DNA of 64,000 nucleotides from Octopus sinensis (lineage: Eukaryota): positions 55,118,001-55,182,000 of the forward strand of contig NC_043001.1 of the NCBI RefSeq assembly GCF_006345805.1. The letters are read 5' to 3'. Each line of letters starts with the position of its first letter. Positions within the stretch are counted from its first letter, which is position 1. Shown in pieces: positions 23,968-37,152 of the stretch. Position numbers and translations under genes: made by a program. The notes under the pieces are model-generated. The model was given only the letters and a program-made list of their open reading frames with translations. It was not told the DNA's origin and did not search any database.

Positions 23968-26900
23968 CTGTGTAAGCAATATATAAGATGATGAAACTAG
24001 TTTTTACTCTTTTTTAAAATATTTTTTTTTGTAAAAGGTTTAATGCAGTATGAAGGTCTCTAATTGTGTTACTGGAGGAGGTTTTATTAAAGATTAAAAT
24101 TTTTAAAAACTATAACTATATTTAAGAGAATAGCTTACAAAAAATTAAATAAATAATAAAACAAATGAATGACTCATCTACAAATTTACTTTAAAATAAA
24201 GGAAACATATTGTGTTTAGTTTTAGAAAGAAAGTCTTTCATGTTTACTCTAGTGATCAGGTCATAAATATACAATACAATTAAGAAATAAAACTGAGTGT
24301 AGTGGCATGTCTGTGTGTTTTAATTGACTATCATAACTCTTTTGTGATGTAACTGATATTTTATTTTTTGTAATTAAGCATTTTTCCTTCTATTTCCTTT
24401 CAAGAAAAAGTGTGTGATGTTCAATCTTTTCAAGAGAATTAGTAATGAATTTGAGATTAGCTCATTGAGTCTATTTGGTGCTAGCTTAATTGCCCTTAAT
24501 TTATGCATAGGGTCCTTATTGTAGATGTAGTTATTGCTCAATTTCAAGTCATCTCTGATTAGCAGCTTTATGACTGAAGGCATTCCAGCTGCAACAATTC
24601 TGTCTTTTATAAAACATAGTCTGATCAGGACTATCTACATTATTTAATGTGTATTCCCTTTTCTTTTTAAGGCAGTTGTGTGTGAGTTTTGCTATCATTT
24701 CTAGCAGGTTTAGCAATCACATAAATGTTACCTATTTGCCTTGTAGCTCCTTCTCTGCCAGGTCCACTCAAGTAGGTAACGTGGAAATAACAAATTAAAG
24801 AAACATAATTTGTTTGATGATCTACAAGACATCTGAATTGTTTATATGGACACACTGCTCTAAAATTTAGGGCATCAATAAAAATGTTTGCTGCACTGAA
24901 CTAGCTGTTGTTTAATCCCAGGTCACCCCTAACTGAACAGAACTATTCCAGCCATACATGTTCCTGTATCTTTATGCATACCAAGGACTATCTTATCTAA
25001 TGTGTTATTTTGTTTTTTAAAGATAGCAAGCTGTGATTTGAGAGATATTTGGTTATTATTTCTGGCAGACAAAAAGTATCCATTTAAAAGCATCACTGTT
25101 TGTGAGATTAGGTAGAAAACTTGCCTATCATTGGTTCATATAATCTCTTTTTGTAAAGATTGTATGGAGTTGATTGAAAGATATTTAGTTAGCATTAGGA
25201 GAGATATTGTGACTGCGTAGGAGTGCCATTGCAAATATTTTCTACATTACAAAAGTAAGGGAGATGAGGTGAACAATAGAATGCTGGGACCCGTGTGTTA
25301 TTGCTACTTGGTCTGGCACCTCACTGTTCCCAATTAGAAATCTCAGCAGAGTTGATAAAATTAAAACCAATGATATTGAAGTTACATTAAATAGATATAC
25401 TTTCTCACTGTAGTAACTATCTCATTGAAAGAAATTTGTTATGTTGTTGGTAAAGACTTATTGTTAAACAACTGAAATTTAGAGAAGTGGAATATAATAA
25501 ATGTTGACACATTTCTATGTTTAAAACATTTAGTCATGCTGAAGAATAGCATCTGGGCAAATCAACCCAAAATAACTTTGACAAGTTACCTTACTGACAA
25601 TGTAGGAATCAATTTGTGATTTAATTGATAGTATTGTCTTCAGGCTGATCCTATAGCAAGAATGGATGTGTTATAAACATATAGATATGCCTTTACATAG
25701 TGTTGCTAATTGTGCTACATGATGTTTTACATAATATCAGTGTAGTATGATGAAAAATGGTGGCATGAGATTGCAGTATCAGACAGTTATGTAAGTCAAA
25801 GAGGTAGCGGTAGCATGTTTAGCTTTAGCTGTTTTTGTCTAGTCACAAATCAAACAGACTTATGATCAACAATGTTATAGCAATGTTTATTTCATTATTT
25901 TTGATCTGAAGTAATGAATCTAGCAGTACAGTTTCAAATGGGATCACTTTTTGCAATAGAAGAGTGTGATTTGAGTGTAGTTTAGCTGCTAGTTTTAAGT
26001 GCTTCAGTTGGTTTGCATTTAATTTAGTTTAAGCTCACAATTTAGAAAAACTGTTGACTGAGGTTGAATGAGAAATAAAACAAATCATACAAATGAATGA
26101 AGGATTTGGATTGGTAGAAAGCTTTGGGTTGGCACTCTGAGGTCCAGTCACTAATGTAATGAATGGTGTAAGAAATAATGATAAAAAAACAATCTTTGCT
26201 TCAACTGAAAGCAACAAAATACTCATAACTACCAATAATCATATCAATCAAGCAATCAATCAATCAATACTTAGTATTGAAGAAAACAGGGAATTATCAG
26301 TATGGTAGAAACACTGAAAAAGTCCTCGCAGTATTTTGTTGCATACCAATTTCAAATCCTGCTAAATTCAACTTTGTTTTTAATCCTTCCTGGGTTGATA
26401 AGATCAGCACTGGTCACCTGCTGGAGTTGATATAATTAGCCGTTCTCTTCTGGGAAAATTAATTAATACCTACAATAGCTCCCTTGGAAACACATTACCA
26501 GTATACAAGCTCAAAAGAAATTAATGTTTATATTTATCATATAAATCCAAGGAAAAGCATCGTCGTGTTGAAAAGTGGAGTTAGGGCAAACAATTGAAAC
26601 ATACAAGTGGAAATCACTAGTACATCATTTCCTTGCATTAATATGAGTTTATGCCTGTTCTTCATTAATTGGCATGATAAAACATTAAATAGAGTTAGTT
26701 ATCTTGCCCAAGAAACAAAATACAATAATGTTGTCTGCAGGTGATAGAAAACCTAATGCTGCTTCTTTTATGAAAAACATATTTTATATAGTTCCATGTA
26801 TTTCACCAGATAGAATATAAAAAATCTCCATTTTATAAAAATATCAATAATTGCTAAAATTTTAAAATAGCAACACAATATCTTTTTGTGTCAGATTTTT

Positions 26901-27016
26901 CTGCTTCTTACTTTCTTTTATTTCAATCTTTCTGCCTACCAGCCTATCTATCTGTTTGTCTATCTACAACTGGTTTATCTATCTATCTACAATATATCTA
27001 TCTATCTATCTACAAC

Positions 27017-27048
<32 letters not shown>

Positions 27049-27644
27049 TCATTTTGTTTGTATGTGTGTGTATGCACATGAAATAACCAATTGAAACACA
27101 AACTAAATGAATTCAATTTAAAATTCACATATCAAAAAATTGTTAGGATCAAAATGTTTGGTGATTTATTTGGGTAATTTCATAACATGCAGCATGCCAA
27201 AAAAGAAAGAGAATGAAAACTGAAAAAATTCAGGGGTAAAAAACCCCAAAAAAACCAACAAAAACCAAAAAATGTTACAGCACAAGTTAATAAACCATTA
27301 AGCATGAACAAAGAAAATTAATGTGGGATAGGGAAGAAGAGCAAAATGTCAGAAAATGTGGGATTTGAAAAGAAATTGAGAAAACATGAAGTTTGATTGA
27401 AGAAACAATGAAAATTGTTTTGATTTTATCTTTCAGTATTTAATATTTAAATCAGTGATTTCTTTAAAAAATTCCTTTTTTTTTATGAAATTTTAAATTT
27501 TGTTTTGTTATTTCTTTCACTGCTTCTGTCTTCTATAAATCATAGAGAATCTGTGGTGTAGAAACTACTGTTATCAGAAAGGATGTGGGGAAAGGTTTGG
27601 AGTGTGACTGCATCATTAAGCCAGTACGTGATGAAAACTTTTAA

Positions 27645-27906
27645 CCCTTTTAATGCCAACCCACTCGAGACCACATCAGGTTTCAGGATTCAAAATTTTT
27701 AATTTTAGTGCGATCATATTTAAATTAAAATCTTCCATCAACAATTAATTTGAAATGCTTTTGTTAAAAATTCAAACAATAGTTTAATATTCCAATTAAT
27801 GAAAGAGATGTTTTTTTTTATTAAATTCTACCTAAATGTTTTATTACTTTGTAAATTAATTGAAACATAACCAGTGTATTTCATTAGAAATATGGTTATG
27901 AAATGG
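27645..27906. mobile_element. Second piggyBac-like non-autonomous family, degenerate; partial copy near 1835-2030
   Basis: TTAA|CCCTTTT start and degenerate GAAATGG|TTAT end; the interior (attaattgaaac, tttcattagaaatatg) recurs near 2000. Confidence 0.45.
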
Positions 27907-28778
27907 TTATTGATGGGTGCTATTGAAATGTTTTGAGTAGGAGTGTAGTTCATATGTTTGGTACAAATAACACTCTGTAACAAAATTTTTATTTATTCAT
28001 TTTTTTGTCTTTGGTCAGTAAGTGCTATTTCCAATTTACTTCTATCTAGTAATCAAAGGAAATGACTACTATTCTCTTCAAACTTTGCTTTTGCAACCTG
28101 GACATCAATGTTTCAAAACTGACCTATTTTCCATTACATTTCAGACAGATTCAGTGCTGAGTTGCTGAAGCAGAAATATCATTATAGCAAATATTCTGTT
28201 CAATACTACAAATTTGCTTGGCTATTGCTTGACTATAACCACTTGAGCTTGACTCTTAGTAGCTGACAATATGTGCATCTCTGGTCATGAGCAGGAGTAG
28301 CGGGGAAGCATCATAGTCATGTGTTGATAGGGATTCTTTGGATTTTGAATAAATATTGCAACAAAAGCAAAGTTTGAGGGAAATACTAGCAAATAAGAAA
28401 TAACTGCCACCCAAGGACAAAAATCATGTTAGTGTAATGACTATGACTTAAGGTATGCCTCTGAAATCTTATACAAAGAATGTTTTTTTTCCTTAATATG
28501 AGTGTAGAACATAGATCAAATATAATGAAATGTTTAGTGTTTCTGTGTGTCTGTGAATTTGGTATGAGATAAAGTTTTGAGTGAGGAAATACTATGAAAT
28601 GTGAAATGTCTGCTGCAATAGATTGTGACATATAGATTAGATATATACAGAAATGTTTAGGATTTAAGTATAATTCATTTACAAATTGGATAGAACAGAA
28701 TTTCTGATGAGTATTTAGAATGAATGCTCTCAAGAGCCTAAATTAAAATAATTACATTTGCCATTTTATGATATATTA

Positions 28779-28997
28779 TTGGGTTGGTGCATAATTATTG
28801 TGACCTTTTTCAACAAATTTTATTCAACAAAAACAATAACAACATGTAACAAAAACATCTTTAAATGATTATTCTGGAGCATATTCACCATCTACTTCAA
28901 TTACTGCTTGGAAGATGATCAGCCCATCATTTAAAGCTTTTTTTTGTTGAATAAAATTTGTTGAAAAAAAAGCCACAATAATTATGCACCAATCCAT
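28779..28997. mobile_element. Mariner-type MITE, largely palindromic
   Basis: TA at both flanks; TIR TTGGGTTGGTGCATAATTATTGTG; internal inverted blocks TTCAACAAATTTTATTCAACAAAAA and TTTAAATGAT. Confidence 0.85.
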
Positions 28998-30474
28998 TAG
29001 AAGCATAATTTTATTGTACTGATTTAGATCTAGTATGGTATGAGATCAACATTTGAAAAGCTATTGAAGTTAAAGGTACAGTTTTTAAACAAGTCATTCA
29101 GTTTCATATCAAAAGTTTATGTTGCTAGTTTGATTTTCCATATGATTCAATTTTCTTTGACATAGATGAATTAAGGTTTTAATGAAAAAAAAAAACAGCA
29201 AGTTCTTAAAAATGCTGCCAAAAGTTAATGCTTTGTTTACAAATTTTTTAAATATAGAGCTGGTACAGATTTGTGTGGTTTTAAGTAAGGCGAGACAAAA
29301 TCTCTTTGTGGCATGTCAACCACATAACTATCACCTTCCCATCCTGCTACCTATTAAACTACTATTGCCATATTGAACTAAATCAATACAAGAATTAAGT
29401 GTTTTAACCAGAAATACAACAAAACAATGGATTAGAAACCCAGACAACAATGCGATCAGTATATTTCCAATTAGTGCCATAGCCATATTCTAAATAAAAG
29501 TTCAAACAATTCAAACTAACACACCTTTCATCTATTTCTCTCTCTAATCCTTCAAATGTCTCTGCTTTTAGAAGGGTGTTCTTATAATACTTTTTGTTAA
29601 AAGATTAAGAGGACAAACTACAAACTGATACACATCACTGTAAAGTTGTTTAGACCAAGTCAAACTTGATCAAACAGACCTATGCTCATAGGCATACCAG
29701 CTGTGATCATCTCATCCATTTGACATGTCCTTCCTTCTGTAAGAAGAATTGGGTATGAGATTAGCAATATTTGGCTACTCTTTCTCACAACCACCTAGAG
29801 AAGTTCCTTTACTGATTCAACCACAGTTTAGCAATCCAACAATATGATCTCATACAAAAGTATATATATATATATGGAAATATCTTTCTATCCTGATATC
29901 TTTATTTATACTTTATTACAGTTATCATCATAATAATATTTAATTATGTCTAACAATGGGCACAAAGCCATCCTTTTGGGGAGAAGCAAGCATAAAAGCA
30001 ATTCAACAGATCAGTTTATTTTTGTTTTATTGGCCGGTCCATAGACCCAGAGTGTTTCAATCAACTTTACTTCAAGCTATGAGATTGATTCACTCAACTT
30101 TATCCTAGCCCTGATTGAGAAAACAAATAATCAAAGGTATTCTAGTAAAGGCCATCCTATCTTTTTATATATCAAGTATTACACTGGACTCCACATGTTT
30201 GGAATCTCTTTTTTGAAGATAGCAAGATATGATTTGAAGTAGATTTTGTTGTCATTTGTTGTAGGATGAGTGACAATGTAGAGATAATGAATGAGAAATG
30301 GAGAAGCAAGAGACAGGCTACAACATATAATTTTTACTTCATCAAAATTTTGAGCTCAAGTACTGCACTGATCACTGTCTTCCACTCAGCTCTCCAGGTT
30401 TGATAAAGGAAATATTCATCATATTAAACTGATACACTCGACTATAAAACTGACTATTATGGCAGTTTTTACCG

Positions 30475-30670
30475 TTGTTTAGTTTGAGTCAACTGCCTTG
30501 ATCAAGCAAATCTTTGATCATAAACATTCCAGCTGTGACTATCCTATCTTTCTGCGCATCTAGGACTTCACAGTCTAAGGTGTCTCTCTTGTTTTAAAAT
30601 AATAGGGTGTGACTTTAGAGAATCTTGCTGCTCTTTCTAGCAGATTGAATGACAGTGCAGAATATCTCAT
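30475..30670 (+). repeat. Abundant degenerate dispersed repeat; copies at about 400-530, 17000-17220, 24900-25060, 29640-29790, 30100-30280, 40240-40360, 40790-40980, 42130-42310, 51800-52020, 54960-55290
   Basis: Recurring words TTGTTTAG..CCAG, GATCAAGCAGACCTATG, CATTCCAGCTGTGA, GGTAGGGTGTGATTTGAG, GCTATTTCTAGCAG. Confidence 0.65.
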
Positions 30671-32189
30671 TGGCCTGTCACTATTGTTTTAACAAAAATT
30701 GGTCGACTTTTATCCAGAGTTCAACTCTTATGAGGAGAAGATAAACATTTTCTAGCATTTCTCTGAAGTGAGAAGAAAAAAACGTTAAGCACTGGGAATT
30801 AATTTAATTGATCATTATATACTGTTCCCTTAAAATTTGTGGAAATGTGTAATTGTAAGTTGTTATCATTATTTATTATTCTTATACAAGAATGTTGTTG
30901 ACAGTAACTTCAGTTTCTGTTAGCGAAGCCTTTGTTGGATTACTTATTTTGAGGGCAAGGATTATAAAAGCTTTGTGCAATTTTAAACTTCAAGCTGTTA
31001 TAATTTTTTTAGTTCTGTACACGACAGAATTAGTTTGCAAAGATGCAGCGCACCCTTAAAATAAATTTATTATAACTGTTTTTAAATTAAAAACAATTTA
31101 TACCCTTTAACATTCAGACTACTCTGACAAGTGCAATATTTATCCACATTGTTTTGAATTAATCATGTATTACCATGTTACATTGAGTTGATGAAATGAT
31201 TGGTTATTTTTGTAGGCAGGTATGAGAGGCCAGATTTAGCTGATTTGAACATAGAACAGGTAGAATATCTGGGCCAGATATGGCTGGTTTAAATGGTAAA
31301 AGGTTAATATATTGCTTTGATTATATTTTACAAAGACATATAAAAACTTCTGTTTATTTACACTTGAAGGCTGTGATAACTGAAGTGAATCTGAGCACAG
31401 TTGAACATCAGCTTTATAATGTATTTCTAGAACTTCAAAATCATATCATGCTTTGTATACATAATGAAGATGGATAAGGTGAAAAGTAACAATTTCCAAG
31501 ACTAAACCTAGTGAAAAAAAGTAAATATTTTCACCTCCCCTTTCACACATTATTTCTAACATCTACACGACCGAATCATTAAGGTGGTACTTTCATGGCC
31601 ATCTAGTTCGTAGTTTTGACACCACTATAGCACATTCAGCATGGACCCACCAATGCTCTACAATATACCATTATGTGTGTATGTGAATACATACATAAAT
31701 ATATGCGTCTATACACACATGCATATATATCCACATATCCATAGACACATATGCATACACACAAACATATAAATACATATATTCACATACAAAGACTGAA
31801 CCTGGATCCGTGTGGTTAGGAAGTAAGCTTCTTACCACAAAGCCATGCCTGCACTTATATACATACATACACATATATAACCATACATATGTCTATATAA
31901 GTTCACACACACACTATATATATACATCTATATATATATATATACTCATAAATATATAAGACCAAAGTTCTAGTTAGGAGAAAGAAAGATAAGAAACTAG
32001 CCCTTCAGAAAAATGGTGCTGATGTGTAGAAATTTCATACATCATATGTACCCAGTGCAAACTGGGTACATATAGTGGTACATATAGAGGTATAGTGGAA
32101 TCAAAAGGAGGTTAACAGAGAAAGTAGACTTTATTTGAGATAAGTGTGCAGGAGCAATAAACATTAAGAACACACGAAAAATAGATATT

Positions 32190-32710
32190 CTTGAATGCTA
32201 AGAACACCCTGAGAGGTTGTAGATGATTTCTGTTGCCTAGGCAGTAGAGGAAGATGTTCTGAAAGTATAGTTACTAGAATAAGAACTGGCTGAAGAAAGC
32301 TGAAATAGCTATTACCTCTGTTGGCAACAAAAGGTCTCTCTCTCTCTCTCAGAGTGAAAGACAGATTGTACGATGCTGTGTATGAGCAGTATGGTGGTGA
32401 AACATGGGTTTTGGATGCAGAGAACATGCGATGGTTAGAAAGAAATGAAGCTAGCATAGTACAAAATGTTGCACATAAGAAGCATCAGATGTAGTATACA
32501 AAGAGATGACTCTGCTGCTATGATCATGTGATGTGTATGGGTGAAGGCATCTGCATAAAGAAATATTCATCACTAAATGTGAATGGATCCTGAGGAAGAG
32601 AGAAACCCAGGAATATGTGGAACAAGCAGTGGAGACTGATCTCAGAAAGTTGAGCTTCATGGGGATGACAAAGGAATGAGATGATTGACAATTGTGTTCA
32701 AGAAGACATG
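32190..32710 (+). mobile_element. RTE-clade LINE ORF2 C-terminal relic
   Basis: Broken frame reads VKDRLYDA...YGGETWVLDAENMRWLERNEAS...YDHVMCMGE...GREKPRNMW...TDLRKL, the YGSETW / WYGHV.RM / GRPRKTW pattern of RTE ORF2. Confidence 0.7.
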
Positions 32711-32741
32711 TATAAACATATTTCTATGCTCTACACTACAC

Positions 32742-32911
32742 CAATGATTCCCATCCTGGGGTCCATGGACCCCTGGTGGTCTGCAAAGATAGTACTGGGG
32801 TCTGTGAACTAAATTTGAAATTTCATATGATATATATATATATATACACATAAGGATAAACATATTAAAAGGGGTCCTTGGGAAAACTCATTTAAATATT
32901 GGGAACCACTG
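32742..32911. mobile_element. hAT (Charlie-like) MITE
   Basis: Termini CAATGATTCCCA / TGGGAACCACTG; 8-bp flanks CACTACAC and CTCTACAC (7 of 8 match, TSD-like). Confidence 0.75.
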
Positions 32912-33554
32912 CTCTACACCCAATCAATCTGTCACCACAAATCATCTCTCTTCTAGCTAGAGCACTTTTTAATCAGTGACTGTAATTATATGACAGTAGA
33001 AGTGCATATATTTCATCCTCATTTTTGTGTCACCAGTTTTTCCCCTCCTCGGAACCACTTCATTTTGTTACCCTTCCTGCATTCTTAATTCCTTACCACT
33101 CTCTTTTCCACTGAATGCTCCTTGCTTTGAACACTCTCTCATATAACCTCCCAATTTCTCATCTCTCCACTCCCCTTTTTTGTACAGTCACTTACCACTC
33201 CTCCTCACAGATCCACATCTATTTTCCTTCCCTTTCTTCCATCCAATCTGACATTCACTACTGATCATGTTGCTAGGCACCAGCTACTATCTTTTTACAG
33301 TCTTGCAAATCTACCACCCACTCTTCATGATTGTTTGTCCCTATTCTCTCTTATAATCACTGGCTTGTACTCTGAGGGTATGCCCTGACACATCATCATC
33401 GCCACCATTTCTACTTTACCAGTTGGGGTAGCCATGTATCTTCTTTATAGCAAGACTCTGGTTTCTATCCCACTATCACACTTTAGTCTCTCAACACCTG
33501 GCACAAACCACCTCACTCAGTCAAGGAGTAACTTGATAACCTCACTAGTGTTGG

Positions 33555-33730
33555 CACCATGAACAACATATCCAGTACACTCTGTAAAGTGGTTGGCATT
33601 ACGAAGGGCATCCAGCTGTAGAAACCATGCTAAAGCAGACACCGAAACTCAACATAGCCCTTCAGCTTGTCAGATTCTCTTGAATCATCCATCCCATGTC
33701 AAGATGGACAACGCACATTAAATGATGATG
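33555..33730 (+). mobile_element. Short retroposon copy sharing the (ATG)n 3' tail block; other copies at about 2640-2790, 11075-11235, 23380-23525, 37808-38010, 40040-40170, 61000-61215
   Basis: GTGGTTGGCATTACGAAGGGCATCCAGCTGTAGAAACCATGC...ATTAAATGATGATGA, homologous to 4083-4235. Confidence 0.7.
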
Positions 33731-33777
33731 ACATACATATATATGCATATGCACATATAAATATATTTCCACACACA

Positions 33778-33816
<39 letters not shown>

Positions 33817-33820
33817 CATA

Positions 33821-33944
33821 TAGTAATGCCTTGATATATGAGTTAATTCATTCCTAGAGAATGCTTGTAAAGCGAAAACTCATAAACAGAAAATAAAACT
33901 CATAAAAACTCATAAAGTCAGGGTCTCATAAAGCGAGGTATTAC

Positions 33945-33946
<2 letters not shown>
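33821..33946 (-). mobile_element. pogo/Tigger-like MITE
   Basis: Termini TAGTAATGCCTTG / CGAGGTATTACTG in TA/TG context; homologous to 37031-37152 in opposite orientation. Confidence 0.6.
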
Positions 33947-34033
<87 letters not shown>

Positions 34034-34677
34034 ATATATATATATATAATTATACAAACACATACATAAATACAAACACGCACACATATAAACATACATG
34101 TGTGTGTGTGTGGTTTTGCAATGACACTTCTTGGAGTGCAGCGATATTTGTTTATGTTCCTCCTAAAGAAAACATCCTGTTTGGCATTTCAAAATGAAAA
34201 GATCATTGAAATAAAGCTAATTTCTTCAAAACAAGGGTAGTATCAGAAAAGACATCGACTATATTATACTGCATTATGCACGATAAAAATAGAGGTAAAA
34301 ATGCTGTTTCATATGGAACTAAAGTTATACAAATTTCAAATAGGTCAATGACTTCATAGCACCTGTCCTTCTCTTTTTACACACACAAACAGTCATACAT
34401 TTATATATACAGACATTCATACATGTCTTTTATTTGTTTATTTTCAAATTATTGTTTCCATATCACACTGGATATCACCTTCAATATTTAAAATTTTTCC
34501 TCAGTGTAATTATCCTCAATACCCAAATGGTATCCTTGTGGCAACAACAGAAATAATTGATAATTATATGAATTTCAACTGATGAGGTTTTCCTTTACGG
34601 TTTTTTTTCTTGACATATTGTTTTATATTTTTTTCTTTTTCATTTTTAAATATTTGTTTATACACTTGTTTACTTAC

Positions 34678-34869
34678 CAGACTTTGGATCAAAGGCAGTA
34701 GTTCCAAACATGGTGAGTCCAGAAAGTTCTGCAACATTAGCAACAGCACTAGCATAATCTGCTTCGGTCAAGAATGAGCCATCACTTGAACTGGCTGCAC
34801 TTGATCGAATGCTATTGCAGCTTGCATTACCATTGTCAGTCACACTGGCCCAAGAAGCAACCATGGAAG
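34678..34869 (-). CDS. robo: Roundabout (Robo) receptor, cytoplasmic-tail coding exon, first of four in the window (192 nt, phase 1-1)
   Basis: Acceptor ...tctctctgcgttccctatag| and donor TCTG|GTAAGT. Translation ASMVASWASVTDNGNASCNSIRSSAASSSDGSFLTEADYASAVANVAELSGLTMFGTTAFDPKS matches the conserved Robo block recalled from human ROBO1 ([44 protein letters not shown]). Confidence 0.93.
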
Positions 34870-35397
34870 CTATAGGGAACGCAGAGAGAAATGAATGCGG
34901 CATGAAGAAAATACATGAAAAAGAGTGATACTCAGCAACAGGCCACATATTAAATCATAAAGTAATTTGCTGTGATATGGCCACACCAAAGGAAACAGGG
35001 TAGGATTGGACCTGAAATATCATGTGTGTATGTATGCTTGTGTGAGATTGTGTTTCTGTGTGCATACATACATGTGTACACCTTTTGTCTTAAGATCATG
35101 TGATGATTGGAAATGAGTGTTATTGATTGAAGTGATGTTGTTTGTACTAAATCAGCCACGAAAAAGATGTCTGATCACTGGGAAATATTTACCTTGCTTA
35201 GAAACAAGTGAGAGTTGGTAACAAGAAAACTGCCCCAAAATATTGGCTGACTCATGGAAGATGAAAGGATGGGAATTAAAATAATGATGATGATATATAT
35301 GTAAGTATATCTGCAAACATGTATATACATATATACACACACATGTGCGCATGTATGTATGTATGTATGTATAAATATATATATATATATATGTATG

Positions 35398-35452
<55 letters not shown>

Positions 35453-35744
35453 GATATGTATATATTATATATCATACATATGTATATGAATATGCATACA
35501 CATACGTATATGAATATGTATACATTTATGTACATTATATATATGTGTGTATATATATATATATCATATATGTATGCATCATATATATATATATGTATAC
35601 ATCATATATATATGTATACATCATATATATATATGTGTGTATACATCATATATATATATATATATGTATACATCATAAATATATATCATATCTATCTATA
35701 TATATCATATATATACACACACACACATATATATATTAATAGTA

Positions 35745-35999
35745 ATAGTATGACAACAAAAGAATGAATGAGACCTTGATATTATGTAAATAGAGGAACT
35801 TATCTGTAATATAATATGTGACAATTATTCAGTTGCCATAATAAAACTCTGAGTTTCGGATGTCAGGAAGGAAATCTGCTCTGGCATTTTGTCAGTTATT
35901 TTTGTTTGTCTTAATAACTGACAAGATGCCGGAGAAGATTTCAACCTCGAAATCTGAAACTCAGAGTTTTATTATGGTAACCGAATAATTGTGACATAT
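35745..35999. mobile_element. PLE pseudo-LTR relic folded into an inverted repeat (35814-35999)
   Basis: Arms of about 87 bp around a 12-nt spacer; each arm carries a hammerhead-like fold; flanked by (AT)n. Confidence 0.6.
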
Positions 36000-36001
36000 A
36001 T

Positions 36002-36047
<46 letters not shown>

Positions 36048-37030
36048 TATATATATATATATATAGATATACATATTTATCTACACACACACACACATAT
36101 CTTTACATATATATATATCTTTATATATCTATATATATCTTTATCTATCTCTATATATATATATCTTTATCTATCTATCTATATATAAATTATAAATATC
36201 ATTACGACACAATAGTTTTAATTTCCAGCCTGTATACATTCAGTAAAGCTTTACATAGTGTTCTACAGTTATTGACTGCTATTTCCAGCAAACATTGGTG
36301 CCTTGCTGTGCCAGTTTCCTATTTACGAATATATATACACACACACATATATAAATATATATATATATATACACACACACGTGCACATATACACATATGC
36401 ACACACACACACACTCACACAAAGGCATACACAGGGGTATATATTATACTGCATATTTATTTTATGTCACAATTGATGAACAACAGAATCTTTTGTTAGA
36501 AATCCCCATTAGACTAATTGTTGGTCCACTGCATTTCTGATGGTGGGAGTGATAAAGGATTGTGTATATATAACTTCATTCAGAAGAGAAATCCCATGGG
36601 ACTTCATTTGGAATTTGTAGTTTTGTTACTGCTTATGTTCTTGCTGACAAGCTGGTTAATGACACACACACAAACACATACACAAACACATACACACACA
36701 CACATACACACACATAATGAACTTCAGCAACAGCTTTCATTTTCCAAATTATGCCCACAAGCTACAGGCCAACTTGAGGTTGTGGTAAAAGACACATGGC
36801 CAAAGTGCTTTGCTTTTGAACTGAACTCAAAACCTCAAGGCTGCAAAGTAACACCTGCTTATATGCATGTATGCCTCTTCTATTTTTTCATTATCATAAA
36901 TCTTCCACTGGGGAGGGAGCTAGTTTCCATCAAAGATACAAGGCTCCATCTTTGGGATGTAGCTAACAGACAAATTCACATTTGAAACTTTGAGAAAAGA
37001 CTTGCATACTTTTACTGTTCTGCATATATA

Positions 37031-37152
37031 CAGTAATAACTCCCTTTACTAGGAGCTGCTTTACGAGACCCCAATGTTTATGAGCTTTTACAAGTTTTCA
37101 CTTTATGAGTAGTCTCCGGGAACAAATTAACTTGAATAATGAGGCATTACTG
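37031..37152 (+). mobile_element. pogo/Tigger-like MITE, same family as 33821-33946
   Basis: TA|CAGTAATAACTCC ... GAGGCATTACTG; shares internal blocks (gagaccc, tttatgag, ttttcacttta) with the inverted copy. Confidence 0.6.
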
